NCBI RefSeq assembly: GCF_011745625.1
Contig: NW_027191459.1
Coordinates: forward strand, 496,001-560,000
DNA: 64,000 nt
Direction of reading: 5' to 3'
Origin: Cladosporium halotolerans
Taxonomy: Eukaryota
Position 1 is the stretch's first letter. Each line of letters starts with the position of its first letter. The notes beneath the pieces were generated by a model. The model worked only from the letters and a program-made list of their open reading frames with translations. It was not told where the DNA came from and made no database searches. Shown in pieces: positions 46,553 through 59,287 of the stretch. The translations under genes were made by a program, and so were the position numbers.

Positions 46553-49261
46553 CTTATCACCAATCCATCCCCTTTCAATGTGAGGTATACGTGATGATGC
46601 TTCCTTCGTGCGCTCATCTGCGGTTGGCGTGGCTGGAAGGCATCACGCGTACGCTTCATACCGGTATTAGATGTTCGCTCAGCTGGCCACGTGCGCACGC
46701 GTACCCCACAGTCGCGTCCGCCAAAGCCGACGCTCGAGTGCGTTGCCGACATTGATCACAAGAGCAACAACAATGTTTAATTTCAGGATAGCTAAGCTAT
46801 CTATCGCACCCAGACACATAATCTACCTTCGCCATATCCGGACCTTACAAGTCGACGTTTCAGCCATGCAATTGATCTACAAACAACACCTAGTCGGGCC
46901 TTCGAACGCGCTTGTTCCCTAGCAAAACCAGCTCCCTTCCAAGAGACACACCAAAAGCACATATTCTCCCTATAGTAATCCGGGGACCGATCATCCGGCT
47001 CACGCTGGATCCGGCTCACGCCGCCTCGAGTACTACCCAAGCCATCTGCACGCCGACCTGGACTCACCCTGCGAGCCTCACAGCACGGTCTCATACGCAC
47101 GCGTGATCAGCCACGAAGCAGCAGGTGGTGTGCGCGAGGGATGCTGGCCCGGAACTTAACCCTAAGCAGTTTCTTCGGTTTACAACAACAAGTATCGCGG
47201 TGCCTTCTTTCTCGCGAGAGGTTGGGCAAGCTGCCGGCCTTCTGATTAGCTCTCGGATCCATGGGACTGGAAGAAGCTTGTCCGCGAGGATGCTTTGGAC
47301 GGTTCTGCTGGAGATGGAGTGAAACGCTGGCTGGATTTTTCTGCCCGGTGTCGATCGACGACAGTCAATCAGCAGCTTCATGCGTCGGTTTGGTAAGACC
47401 TCCTGGAGGCGCGCGTCGAGGCTTGCTGGCTGGGCACAAGCTCTGGTCACATACGGACAGCTCTTGTAGGATTGTATGTTGAGGAAGAGTGAGAGAGAAT
47501 GGACGGGAATTGCCGGGTGCTTCCCAGATTGGAACTCTGCCTTTTGGATCCGCGCAACTGCACGACAATGATTGTAGTTTACACGGCTGCTGAAGCTTGC
47601 TATGCTGGATACCTATGCCGAGCTGCTGGAGTGTTCTGTTGGTGACATTAGCACTTTGAGTAGTGTCTGAAGAGATGGATTTGGCTGCGGTCAGCGGCTA
47701 GCTTGAAGAGAATACAAGAAGAGCATGGCATCGGGGTCAAAGAAGACCTTTCAACCCACAAACAGACCTTTGCGCTGATCGGAATGCTTCTACCTTCGCC
47801 TTCTGCCGTACTCGTCTGAACGACTTGAATGTCTAGCGAGACAGTAAGGCTCACACACAGGAGCATTTCGTTCGGTGCTGTCACCTACACAATGGCGTGT
47901 TATAAGCTCCTGCAATCTTGTGCTTCCCGCCAAGCCAGCTGTCTTACCAATGTCAACCGTTGAATCAGGTGTCGATGACACCACACTATCCCGCAGCTCC
48001 TCTGAGGCATCAGGATCTCGTACGCACCAAAGGCAGATGCAGTCGCTCAATTATTCGCCCAGCAAAATCGACGCAGCAGGGACGTCCAGCGCATCTCCCA
48101 CACCCGCCACGCTGTCTCTCGACAGAAGGCCAGCCATCCTCCACCTCAGTCTCCCACAATCGTATCCCAGAAGCCTGTATCGCAGTCCCAACACAGATGC
48201 AGTCGAGAATCCCACGTCTCGTTGTCCGACCAGCCGCGTTAATCATCTCCATTCACATGGACCCTTACGCTTCAACAGGCAGAGCGTCGGAGTGGATGTC
48301 GATCGATGAGCGCCGACCAACAACACGAATGGCCTGCGCCCGCCTTTTTGGTGGTGTCGCTGAGCCGCCTCGCGTGACAGCGGGATGAAGAGCGGTTTTT
48401 TGCTGATGTACTTTGGCCGTTCGGTTCGTTTGGACCATGCCTCTCGAAGCTTGGCGGTCGCGCTGAGTGAAGAGATGGAATCAAAGACTTGTCCCTGAGG
48501 AGAGTGCTTTCTACACACAGATGGGATGCTGGATGCTGGATTCGAGCGTTAACGGAGCGTCTTGCGACGTGTTGTGATCAATTGCCATGGCTCGGCACAC
48601 GATTTGCGAGGAACGATGGATACTGGTAGAGGCTGGATCATTGACGTGTGTGGTGGGGATGTTACAGTGTTGTTGCGACAGTTCTATGGAAACTCGATAT
48701 GAATAATTCGGTTCGACGTCTGTGGAAACGAGTTGCGAGGCTTTGGTCGAAGTGCACATAGGATTATGGGTCGTGACTGCGCGGCTCCCGAGTTATTGGC
48801 CTAATGACCGCGAGGAATCAGAGCGCCAATCAACACGGACTGGACACTAGGTTTGGCAGACCCAAAAAGGCTGGGTGAACAATCGCTGCGGCGCGGGACC
48901 TCTCTCGTGTGAGGCTCAAAGTTTTGGCTTGTCCGCGTTGCGCTTTTGCCAGCTAATTTGACTGCGTTTCCGAGAGTCCTCACCCATTGCGATTGGTTTG
49001 ATTTCCTGCTGGGGCTGGTGGCATGAAGGTGTCGCGCGGTCTGGCTCAAGTGCATGAAAATTGGGGTGCTCCGGCCGTGGAAACTTCTGAAGACCGGGTG
49101 ATCATTGAGGGTGGTAATGGGGCTGCAGAGCGCGCCTGGGCGCGGAGCCGTCTTCTGAGTCTTGCGGGGCAAAGAAGGCGGCCTATTACTTTTTTTTATA
49201 CGTATTCCCCTTCCATTACTATTACACGAGCGAGCGGCTAACTACTTTCAGGCAGACTGGC

Positions 49262-49720
49262 TCAAGCCAGCACCAATGCAGCGCGCCCAATCATGCCGAA
49301 GCACAAGAATGTCCCGATGAAGTACAGCGCGCTGCGGGCATAACTCCACTTGATGGAGGCGGTGTTGATGTAGTTGATGGTGTACAGCGTCCGCACGACG
49401 AGCCAGCTGGCTGCGAACAAGCTTGTACCCAAGTCGCGACCCGCCTCTTTCTCCGCCAATAGACCTGCGAATATTCCGGCGACGAACAACGGCATGTTCT
49501 CGAGCGCATTGCGGTGGCAGGACTCGGCGCGCTCGTAGGCGGCGAAGTCTTGAGGGCTGAGGCGCTGCTTAGTCTTTTCGATCAGAGTCGTGGATTTTGG
49601 GTTGCGGTTGTCATGTTTGGCGGGGTCGCCTTTGGTGGAAATGCTGATTGCGTGACCGTGGGGGTACACGGCGAGGGCGTAATACAGAGGGATCGAGATG
49701 AGAGGGAAGTTGATGGCCAT
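49262..49720 (-). CDS. MAPEG-family membrane protein
   Basis: ISIPLYYALAVYPH, DNRNP, ERAESCHRNALENMPLF, RTLY..NYI and ARSALY; ATG at 49720. Confidence 0.8.
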   Translation of the reverse strand: MAINFPLISIPLYYALAVYPHGHAISISTKGDPAKHDNRNPKSTTLIEKTKQRLSPQDFAAYERAESCHRNALENMPLFVAGIFAGLLAEKEAGRDLGTSLFAASWLVVRTLYTINYINTASIKWSYARSALYFIGTFLCFGMIGRAALVLA

Positions 49721-50556
49721 GGTGGAAGGTCGTCTGTATTGGTCTGCTGCTCTGGATGAAGCCGATTTGGCGGGTTTGAGTCGCGAGAACTGTTGTTGAG
49801 GTCTGAAGTTGTGGAGCAAAAGTCTTGTGTAATGTACAGGCTACCGTTGATGAAGGAAGTGCGGGCGACCTTAGAGTTCGCCCACAACGGTCGTCTTGAA
49901 GCTATGATGTCGCCCTTGCGCGACGGAGCCGAGGCTCGTGAGCGTCCATTGAGTTGGGTGCGATCACTGCGATGTAGCAATAGACAGGCCATACTGTCAT
50001 CTTACCAACAAGAACACTTTCTGTGCCTCAATAGCTCCCATACCGATCAATGTATCCTGATTGCTTATCCCAGGCGTGCCAATGGGTATTTCGGAGCTCC
50101 CAACGATCATGACGACTCACCACCAGAGCTACCACCTTGGCGGAAAGCCAAAGCCGCCATCCCGCCTTCAGCCCCGCGCTCACCTCACTTTCGAACCTTG
50201 CTGCATCCTTGGCTCCATGCCTCTTTGGGTCCGCGTGGGATATGCAGGCCTTCCATCGCCCGCCCGCGTGAACGTCACGAGGCTGGCGGGCTGGGCAATT
50301 GAGTTGCTCGCGATATAGCTGCGCTCCTCCCGATAAGAGCTTTTGCCTCCGCCTCTGCTGGGCGAGGCGGACTTCCATCCGTAGGTTTTAAGAGCTCGGC
50401 TCTCTATTTCCCCTCGCATTCTTTGCCTAGTGAAGCACGCCTGAATCTGTGGATCTCTCTTTACTCCATTCGAAGCTCTTGTGTCGCCGGAAGCACGCAG
50501 CTGACCCAGCACGACCGTGTACTACGAGCTAGAAGAGCTCAGGTCTAGCGGCTACA

Positions 50557-52472
50557 ATGTTGGCTCTGGCCATCGCCATTCTGGCGACCGTACTGCTCAC
50601 ACCCTTCGCAAATGCTCAACTTGATTCCTACACTGTCCTGGCCAGCGTCGTCTTCCTCCGCACCGGCGATAGGACTCCTCGAGTCTTGGGAACGGTTCCT
50701 TCGACTCTTACGTCTCTAGGAGCGCAGCAAGCCTATGATGCTGGCTCTTTTCTTCGCGATCGCTATGTCTCATCAACTAGCTCCAGATCTGGCATGGACA
50801 AAGCGCCTCTGCGAGGACTGAGTGCTATGTCAATTGATCCGAGGCAGTTCTACGCTCTGGCTCTGGACTCACAGCCGACCATCGCGAGCGCACAGGCTTT
50901 CATCCAAGGATTCTACCCGCCCTTGCAACTCAACGAGAGCACAGCTTCGCTTTTGGATCCAACGAGCGTGCTAGCAAATGGAACTTATGTACGCACCAGA
51001 CCTTCGAGACCGTACAGACAAGCCTAATGTTGATATTTATCTAGATCGAGAGCCCACTCAGTGGCTATCAATACGCCCAGATCCGGACGACAAATGAACT
51101 AGATCCCGAGTTTATCTACATGTCCGGTTCCTCCGAATGCCCGGCTTTTCAACTTTCGGCATTCCAATACGCAGCTTCGCCGGAATACGAAGAAATTCAA
51201 GCGTCTAGCAAATCTCTTTACGAGAGAGTGGGCGCAGAAGCTCTCTCAGATGTGCTTTCAGAAGGATCGTTCGACTATGCGAACGCCTACAGCATCTACG
51301 ACTACCTCGGGTACCAGGCTGAACACAATTCCACCACGGCGGCTGCCTTAGAGTCGATATCCGACGAAAACAATCCCAACAACATCACAGACCTCGACCA
51401 GCTCCGCTTTCTCGCCGATTCTCAGCAATATGCCCTGTACGGCAACATGTCCGCGTACAACAACCTCAGCACGCCCTCCAACGGCCTCCCCGGCAACACA
51501 GACGGCTCCATCTCCACCATCGCAGGCAACATGCTGATCGCCAAAATCATGACCCAGCTCCAGCTCGCCATCGACACCCGCGGCCGCTACTTCAAACTCT
51601 CCCTGCTTGCCGGCGACTTCCACCCCCTGCTCTCCTTCTTCGCCCTCACGGGCCTCTCCAATCTCAACGGGCCCAAATTCCGCAGCATCCCGGAGTTCGC
51701 CTCTACAGCCGTCTTCGAGCTCTTCACCCACGACGCCTCCGCTTCCTTCCCCTCATCCACCGACGACCTCTGGGTCCGCTTCTACTTCCGCAACGGCACA
51801 GAGGAGCAGCGCGACCAGACGCCCTTCCAGTCCTACCCGCTGTTCAACCACGGGCCCAGCGAGACGGATATGCGCTGGCAGGACTTCCAGGCTGAGGCGG
51901 CCAGGCTTTCGCTCGGCAGTGTGAGCGAGTGGTGCGAGGCGTGCCAGGCTTCGACGGTGTTCTGTCCGGCGTTCAACGCTTCGCTGTTCAGGGCTGCTGC
52001 TGAGGCTGCGGACGGAGGCGACGCGTCGGGAGCGAAGCCTATTAGTCCCGGTGTCGCGGGCGTGCTGGGCGCTGTCGTGGCGCTGATTATTGCTGCGCTG
52101 TTCTTCGCGATGGCTATGCTCTTGGGTGGCGTGAGGTTGCACAGGAAGAAGAAGGCTGCAGCTGGAGGTGGCTTCCAGGGTGACGCTAAGATGCCTGCTG
52201 ACCGGGACGTAGAAGTGCGCAGTAATGACCACAAAGCTGGCGCCACCGTTGTTGGACGGGAAGCATCTGTTGATGAGGGGCAGGTCGGAGGGCCTGTTGC
52301 CGGCGGACATGAGAGGGTCGGGAGCTGGGAGATGAAGCAGCCTGGTAGCGGTGGTTTGGGAGCTGCTGCCAGTCAGAGGTCGAGGCTGAGCTTTGAGGAA
52401 GATGTGGACGAGGACGACCGGAGGGCGATGGATCCGTTCGCTGATCCTGTGAAAGCTGATGAAAGGGTTTGA
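50557..52472 (+). CDS. Histidine acid phosphatase (branch 2)-like type I membrane protein with a non-canonical active site
   Basis: Signal peptide; RTGDRTP at the RHGxRxP position; LTSLGAQQ...G..LRDRY, SAQAFIQGFYP, VFELF and WVRFYFRNG; TM helix near the C-terminus. Intron 50989-51044. Confidence 0.8.
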
Positions 52473-52705
52473 AAATAGTGGGCTTGAAGATATGGCAAAT
52501 TGCTCAAGCAAATGGATTTACGAATAACTACGTTCACGGAACACAGGAATCACGATAACTAATGAAGATGCGAGAAACCCTCTCAGTCACCTACCATCCT
52601 TTCGCAATGATTTCCTCGCACGAGATGATCAGCGAGCTTGAACTGGAAAAAATGTTAGCTTGATTGTAAGCAGCACCTTCCCACGATTGAATGAACCTGG
52701 AGCGA

Positions 52706-55700
52706 TCAATAATCATGTTCACCATCCACTTTCCCTGACCAAGGTCGATCGATCAAATCGCTCAACTTACGCAGAACCTTCTCCCCACCCAGTATAGGAG
52801 CAAACCGTCGTAGATGTTCTCCGAGATTCATCATAAGGAATGCCGCCAACCCGAATGCACGCTGTGCGCCCGCTTCCACGAATGAGCTTGTCTCCTCTGA
52901 GTCAGATTCAGGAGACTTCAGCTCATACAACACAGCCTGCGCTGCGAACGGGTTCATACCCGCCTTCCGCAACCAGCGCTCCCACATAGTCTCGTCTTGC
53001 AGAAGCGGTAAGCTGCCATCAGTGATGCCACGGTGGGATATCAGAGCAGCCAGCCAGCTGGCAAGGCAATTCTCACTGCCAGGAATGTAGGTGATTTCCA
53101 CGTCAGAGTCCAGCGAGAGCGCCCACCCCGTCAAGTCTGCTAAGGCTTCGGAGTCAAGCTGATCTAGAGGTCTCACGGCCGCTTCATCTTCGATGCAAGC
53201 GAAGCTTCCTTCGCTTACAAAGACGATGAGCCGTTCATATCGTAGTGCAGCTGATGTGATGCGATCTTTGATGCCGCGGAATCGCTTCTGTCCCGGCAGA
53301 GGTTTTTGCTTGATTTTTTGCAGAGTTGTCATCATCACTCCTGTTGAGGGAGAAATGGTAATATCGGCTTCGTCAGGTGTGCCTTGACCGCGTCCCGGCC
53401 CTGCGAGCGCCACTGCGTCCCTCTCGATCATTTCGATCGTCGGAAGTGCGGTTTCAAGATCTCTTATCAGCTGGCGCTTAGAGAGGAACTCCAAGGATGC
53501 TACGATTGGAACTGTTTCGGTGATACCTGCGCAAATCTCAGGAACTGGTATGCTGAACGAAGACTTTGGAAGGTTGGCTGCAGGTCTTGCTTGCGGTACC
53601 ATTACTGCCGCCGGAGCGGCACTCGGTGCAGATGGGCCCTTCGGCGCTCTATGTGAAGATTTGCGTTTCCGTATGGGCTCGCCAGAAGCACCTGAGTTCG
53701 TTCCTTGAAGTTTCATGAATGTATCAAGTCCATCGGCATGTAAGAATATCGAGGATGCGGAGGCTAGTCCAGCGTTCATTAAAGCAGGCTTTTCGGCTTT
53801 CAATGCCCGTGTATGGTCGTTTTGAATCTGCGGCTGCTGCTTGTTTGGTGCGCAGCTCCGCGGCTCTGTCTTATCTTTCGATGTGACATGCTTGTCTGGC
53901 TGCTGATGTGTTGGGAGGCCTCCGCGTGGTTGGTCAACAAGGTCATCGTCATCCATCTCAACCGCTTCAATCTCCTCTTCATCCTCAATTCTTCGGAGGA
54001 AGCGCATGCGATCATCGATGGCAGTCAATGACTCAACATCGATCTCATCCGCATAATCCTCGAGCTTTATCGCTTCTAGGTAGCGAGCCAGTGAGCCATC
54101 ATCGAATTCTTCATTCGAATCGATCTTCGCCAGGTATGGGTTGAAAGGTGCCCATGGAAGTGATTGCTCAACATTTGAGATACCAGCCCACTTCTGCTGA
54201 TCACCCAGCAGATCTCGTTTGATGCATGCCAACATATCCTGCTGCAGATTCTTTTTGGCCCCGCCGATAGAATTTGGGACATTAATATCCCACGGAGGCC
54301 GCACGGGGATGTCTTCGACAAGAGGTACTTTGACCCGCATAGTAGTGTCAACTTCCATCAGCTCTTCTTCACGTATCTCTTTCTCAACTGACAGTGTCCT
54401 GGCTTGAAGGGCATCTTGTAGCGCGGCAGCGCCCTCTTGGTCGTCAAAATCGAATGAGTCGTCGACCACATCCTGTTCAAGCTCCGGGAACAAAGTTGCA
54501 AGGTCCGGGTCGAATCGTAGCTTTTTATACTTTCCAGCCGACGATCCATTCTCTGGAGAAGTCACTGGGTGATGTTGAGGAGTGAGCGGAGGTTCAACTT
54601 CCAAATCTCGAAGTCGCTTCGGAGGTCGCGGTGAGTTCGATGAAGGAACCGCAGTGTACTCTTCAATGGCAGCAGTTATTGCTTCTCCGCTGAGTGCTGG
54701 CCCGTCGCTTGCTGGAACTTGGACGCTGTCGCTCTCTTCAAGTACTTGCTTCTCAATCATGGCTGCGTCTGTGGCAATAAGATCTTCCGGCGTCGAGGTC
54801 ATTTCGATTTGCATTGCCTCCGACGCGGGCTCACCTGGGCTGTACGGAGGAGTTGTTGGCATCAGTGGAGGTGACAGTCTGATCTTTATGGCCTCCTGAT
54901 CATTGTCAGTCTCTGTCTACTGGGTGAGTCCGGCAAGAACCTACCTTGTACGCTTCATGAGCTTCAACAGCATTGTCGATTTCACTAGCAGCAGCGAGGC
55001 TCTTGACATCGCGAAGGAACCCCACCGTTTCCCTCTCAACATCCAGCTTCTCGTTCTCCAGTCCTCGATCAAGCCGGTATTTGTCGTCAGACGCTGGGGT
55101 CGGGAAGACGAGACCCTCATCCTGCTCGGAGTCAAGCACAAAAGGCTCAATCCCTCGAGCAGTAAGCTTGACTTCGTTCCGGCGCCGCAGCGCAGCAATC
55201 TCGAGTTCATGGTCTCTGGCCAGCAGGGGAAGCTCCAGCTTCAACGGCCTGAATCTTGAGTCTATGAAGTCTCCCACGTTCAAGTCAAGATCACCCTTCC
55301 CTACTGCTAGTACGGAGAGCAAAAACGCCGCGGTCTCCTTGTCCACGTCGAGCTTCTCGTTCAAACTATCTTGCACTTGACGCTTGACGGAAGCAGCGTC
55401 AAATCCAGGAGGGACTTCGTCGGGGTCGTCAAAGGCATCTTCTGGCAAGCAAGGTATCAGTTCACTTGAGAGCGGATCGTCCTTCTCATAGTCTGTGCAA
55501 AGACCATGATACCGAGCATATTCCAGCGGTGTATCAAGATCAGGCTCGCTGTCTTCGCTGCCAGAAGAGTCGAAAGTGATGTTGCTCGCGCAGCTGGCGG
55601 GGCTATTACCTGCAGAAGATGCGAGCGAGTTGCTCGGATAGCCGTTGCTATAGCTGTTATTCGTTGGCACGTCGTCACTGGTCGACGGTCTCCATCGTGC

Positions 55701-55847
55701 GTAGTCGAGATTTCTAGCCATGTACTTCAATCTCGGCGTTGCTCTACACGTCAGATCGTGTTCGCTGGTGCTGGTGGATACGGAACGTAGATCAGAGTCC
55801 GTAGTGGAAGGCCCAGGGCGAGGAAACGGCATCGTCTGCGGGTACAT
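52706..55847 (-). CDS. Large acidic protein with C-terminal XPF/ERCC4-like and HhH/SAM-like regions; probable SHOC1/Zip2 ortholog
   Basis: Exons 55847-54945 and 54895-52706 join in frame across a 49-nt intron. The C-terminus has IEMIERD...EADITISPSTG, RYERLIVFV and ETMWERWLRKAGMNPFAAQAVL. The true start may be further downstream. Confidence 0.6.
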
Positions 55848-56479
55848 GCTCCCTCTCTTATACGATGAAATGTAGCAACTTGGTTCGGATTACTCTGCGG
55901 TGGAGTTCCGCTCGCGATATGGAGTGAGGTTGGAATAAGCTTGATCGAGCGCAGGCAGGCGCGATCCTCACTCGTCTTGAGCTCGCTCTTCAAAATCACA
56001 ACTTCACCTGGCACGCGGCCGAAAATCTCGTAGGCGGTCCTACCAAACATAAGATATCAGTCAAAAACAATCGCCACGCAGCGCATAATGAACCCGGGCG
56101 TGATTTGGTGCAGAAATTCCTCCATTTCAGTGTACATAGGCGTCCATTTGGTCGCACGAAAGGCCCTCAACACGACGGATACACGGCCTCCATTTCGTTT
56201 CAAGCATCGCCTGATGTTCGTCCCAGAATCTTTACTCCCCAAGCGCCAGAAACGCCGCGCTCGTATGCAATCAAGCTTTTTCTTTCCCGTTTTCCCAGAG
56301 TGACCGCAGCCACCGCGCAGCGCAAGCATTTCCTCCGCGCCATACCCCTCAATCCTAGCTCATCCTTTCGCCCAGAGCGCTTCAATCCGGGTTGGGAATG
56401 TCAAGCACCAGCCACAAGCGACCCTCCCCAGGCGCGCAGCGAATCCATTCCCTCATCATCCTATCCTTCGGCCGCCCTC

Positions 56480-56801
56480 TCACCCCCTCATCTCCACCTC
56501 CCCTCCATTCCTTCCCTTCTCCCCCGAAATCCACAGCACATTATTGCACCTGATCAGCACCTGGCCCAGCATGCCCTGGCTGCGGCCGTCGATCCACTCC
56601 TCGGCGCCGCTCAGCTGCACGTTCATGTAGCTGTCGACGCTGACCAGGCGGCCCGTGTACTCGGTCGCGCCCCACTTGAGGCGGATGCGCACGTCGCTGT
56701 CGACGAGCGACTGCAGCATCGGGCGCGGGTTGAGGGGGACGGACTGTTGGGTGTTAGTGCGTGGATTTGTGGGATGGGGGATGGGGGGAGGAGCATACCA
56801 T
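56480..56801 (-). CDS. SMX3: Small nuclear ribonucleoprotein SmF
   Basis: ATG-only first exon (56801-56799), intron 56798-56744, then [13 protein letters not shown]...[28 protein letters not shown]...[15 protein letters not shown]. Confidence 0.92.
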
Positions 56802-57521
56802 TTTTGTGGTGTTGGGGCGGGTGGTTGGTTTGGAGTTGAAGGGGGTTTTTTTTTAGGGGGGTTCTTGCGGCTTGTTGCGGAGTTGGGGTTGTTGGTGTGC
56901 GAGAGGTTGGTTAGGTGGTGGTTTGGACGTCGCGATCGGATGTCGCTGGCTTATGGACGATTGACGGTTTCGCGATGGCTTGCTTGCTGGGCTGGCTGGC
57001 TCGCGCGCTAGCTTGCGGGCGCTGTAGCCTGAGGCATCAGCGACGCGGGCTTGGGAGATGGGATGATTTACAATAAGGTAACGCTACGACGGTCGCAAAA
57101 GGCGGAGGCTACGGACAGCATGCGTGTCTGAATATACTGGGTAGCTGATCGTGCACTGCAGGATGTCAGAACGTCATCCAGAATCTCGTACTGCGTCTGC
57201 GCCCATGCAAAAATAGAACGGAAAGAGCCAGGCATTCGCGTGATACTCTTCAATGATGCTCAAGTGATCAACAGAAAAAAGATGCTTCTATTTCTTTAAG
57301 GCATAATTAACATAAGGGTCTCTCTCTCTCTCATTGCAACTTTCGAATGAACAGGCGAACAGAGAGGAAAAGAAGCGCGCGCAAAGCCACAACACTCGCG
57401 CGCTCTTCTCCCCACCTCGCCTTCCCCCACCAACCATGCTCAGAGCGAAAAACACCCGGGCCTCCGCGCGGCATTGCTCGTCATCCGCACACACACACGT
57501 CCACTGTCCCGCCTAGCTCTT

Positions 57522-59108
57522 CTAACCCTCAAACTCCTTGATACCCTCGTGGTACTTGCCGGGCACAAGGGCGAGAGGCACGATTCCGGAGACGTGCATC
57601 TCCGGGCCGAAGACGTGCATGTTGAGGCCGAGCTCGACGCTGACGGCCTTGATGTTCTTGAGGCCCTCCTGGTAGTTGGGGCCGGCGCGGCGCACCCAGA
57701 TCTGCACCTTGTGCTCGTTGAGCAGCGGCGCGACCTCGCGCAGGGCGCGGATGACGCCCTTGAAGGTGGAGGCGACCTGGGATGAGATGTTAGCGATTTG
57801 TGTGAGGATTTCAAAATTGCAAGATTACTTACGTTGGTGAAGTTGGCAATACCACCACCGATGAAGAGGACCTTGCCCTCGGGGTGCATGGGGGCGCGGA
57901 GCATGAGGTCGAGGACGGTGCGGGCGTAGTGGAAGGTCTGGGTCTCGGTGGGAGCACCGGAGTACTCGCCGTAGTTGGCGAGCTCAGAGGCGAAACCAGC
58001 GGAGGCAATGGCGTCGGCGTAGACGACGGAAGCACCACCACCAGCAACGAGGGTCCAGACGCGACCAGTGGAGTTGAGGATGGTGAGCTTGAGGGAAGCA
58101 CCGGTCTTCGCGTCCATCTCGGCAATGTAGGCCTCCTCCTTGCTCATCTCACGGCCGAAAGGTGCGGGGAACTCCATGGGAGGTCCAGCGTCAATGTTGA
58201 CCTTGCCGTCGGTGGAGGCGACAGCGGGCTTGCCGAGAGCGGCATTGGAGCGGGCAATGGCCCACTTGACACCGCACTCGAACTCAGCGGTCTGGTCGAT
58301 CTTGGCGGCAAGATCGAGGAAGTGGACATCAGCGGAGGTGACATCGGCGTTGGGAATGACGACGAGGGGGTTGATCTCGAGGTAGGTGAACTGGCAGTCG
58401 ACGTAGACGGCGTAGAGGCGGGAGATGAAGTCAACGAGGACGTTGTGAACACCGGCGGGCACCTTGCTGAGGAGGCCCTTGGCGATCTGCTCGTTGCTGG
58501 GGTACTCCTTGAGATCCACGGGGATCAGGAGCTTCTCGGCCTTTGCGTCGACGTCACCAACCTCGACACCACCCTCGTGGTAGAAGAGGATCCAGTCGCC
58601 CTGGAATTGGCGTTAGCTATGCTCTTGAAGCCGTTGAGATCCGCGCTTGGGCAAAATTGCTACTAACCTCACGGACGGAGTTGATGTTGATGTAGTACTC
58701 GGTCTCCTGGGGGTGGGGAACGAAAGGCTCAACGAGGAAAGTCCTCAGGTAACCCTCAACGTGCTCGACCTTCTGGACCTTGTTCGCGCGCGCAGCAATC
58801 CACTCCTTCGCCTCCTGCCAGGTAGCGTTAAGCTTGAGCAGACCAGACTTGCCTCTTCTCTTGATAAGCTGATCGGGCTTTGCGACGAACTTGGCACCGG
58901 GAGCGAGGAGGAAAGGGTAGGTGGCCTCGGCGGCGTCGAGGACGCCCTGGACGTTGTCGCCCTCAGCGAAGGTGATGGAGGCAAGCTTCGCGGGAGGGTT
59001 GTGGATAGTCTGTGCGGGGAGAGGAGTGGGCTTGATGACGGGCGCGCGAGTGAGGTGGTAGTTGAGGATGGCCTTGCCGTCGGCCTCGAGGATGGACTTT
59101 GCGGACAT
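57522..59108 (-). CDS. ACL2: ATP-citrate lyase subunit homologous to the N-terminal half of animal ACLY
   Basis: [59 protein letters not shown] and [11 protein letters not shown]. Two coding introns at about 58665-58601 and 57831-57777. Confidence 0.95.
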
Positions 59109-59268
59109 TGTGTGTGGTTGTTGTTGTGGGGAGGGGTTTCAAGGAGAGCTGCGCAGGAGAAGAGTGTAAGCGAACGCAATGGCAGCGCAGTGTTTTGCAA
59201 AGTGCAGCAGGCGAGATGTACAGGTTGATGCGGCGGCGGTGGGTGAGTGCTTGAGAGGATGGGTGTGC

Positions 59269-59287
59269 GTGTGTGTGTGTGTGTGTG
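59269..59287. repeat. (GT)n microsatellite
   Basis: About nine consecutive GT units upstream of the ACL2 ATG. Confidence 0.8.

Noticed and set aside
15347..46693. Other CACGTG hexamers (for example 15347, 25425, 26203, 40338, 46688) as a window-wide PHO regulon
   Set aside because: They are isolated and at about the frequency expected by chance. Only the cluster promoters show local enrichment.
16226..56801. Apparent grouping of RNA-processing genes (Rpr2-like, DBR1, PRP22, SmF)
   Set aside because: They are spread over 40 kb among unrelated genes and no shared motif is seen, so chance is likely.
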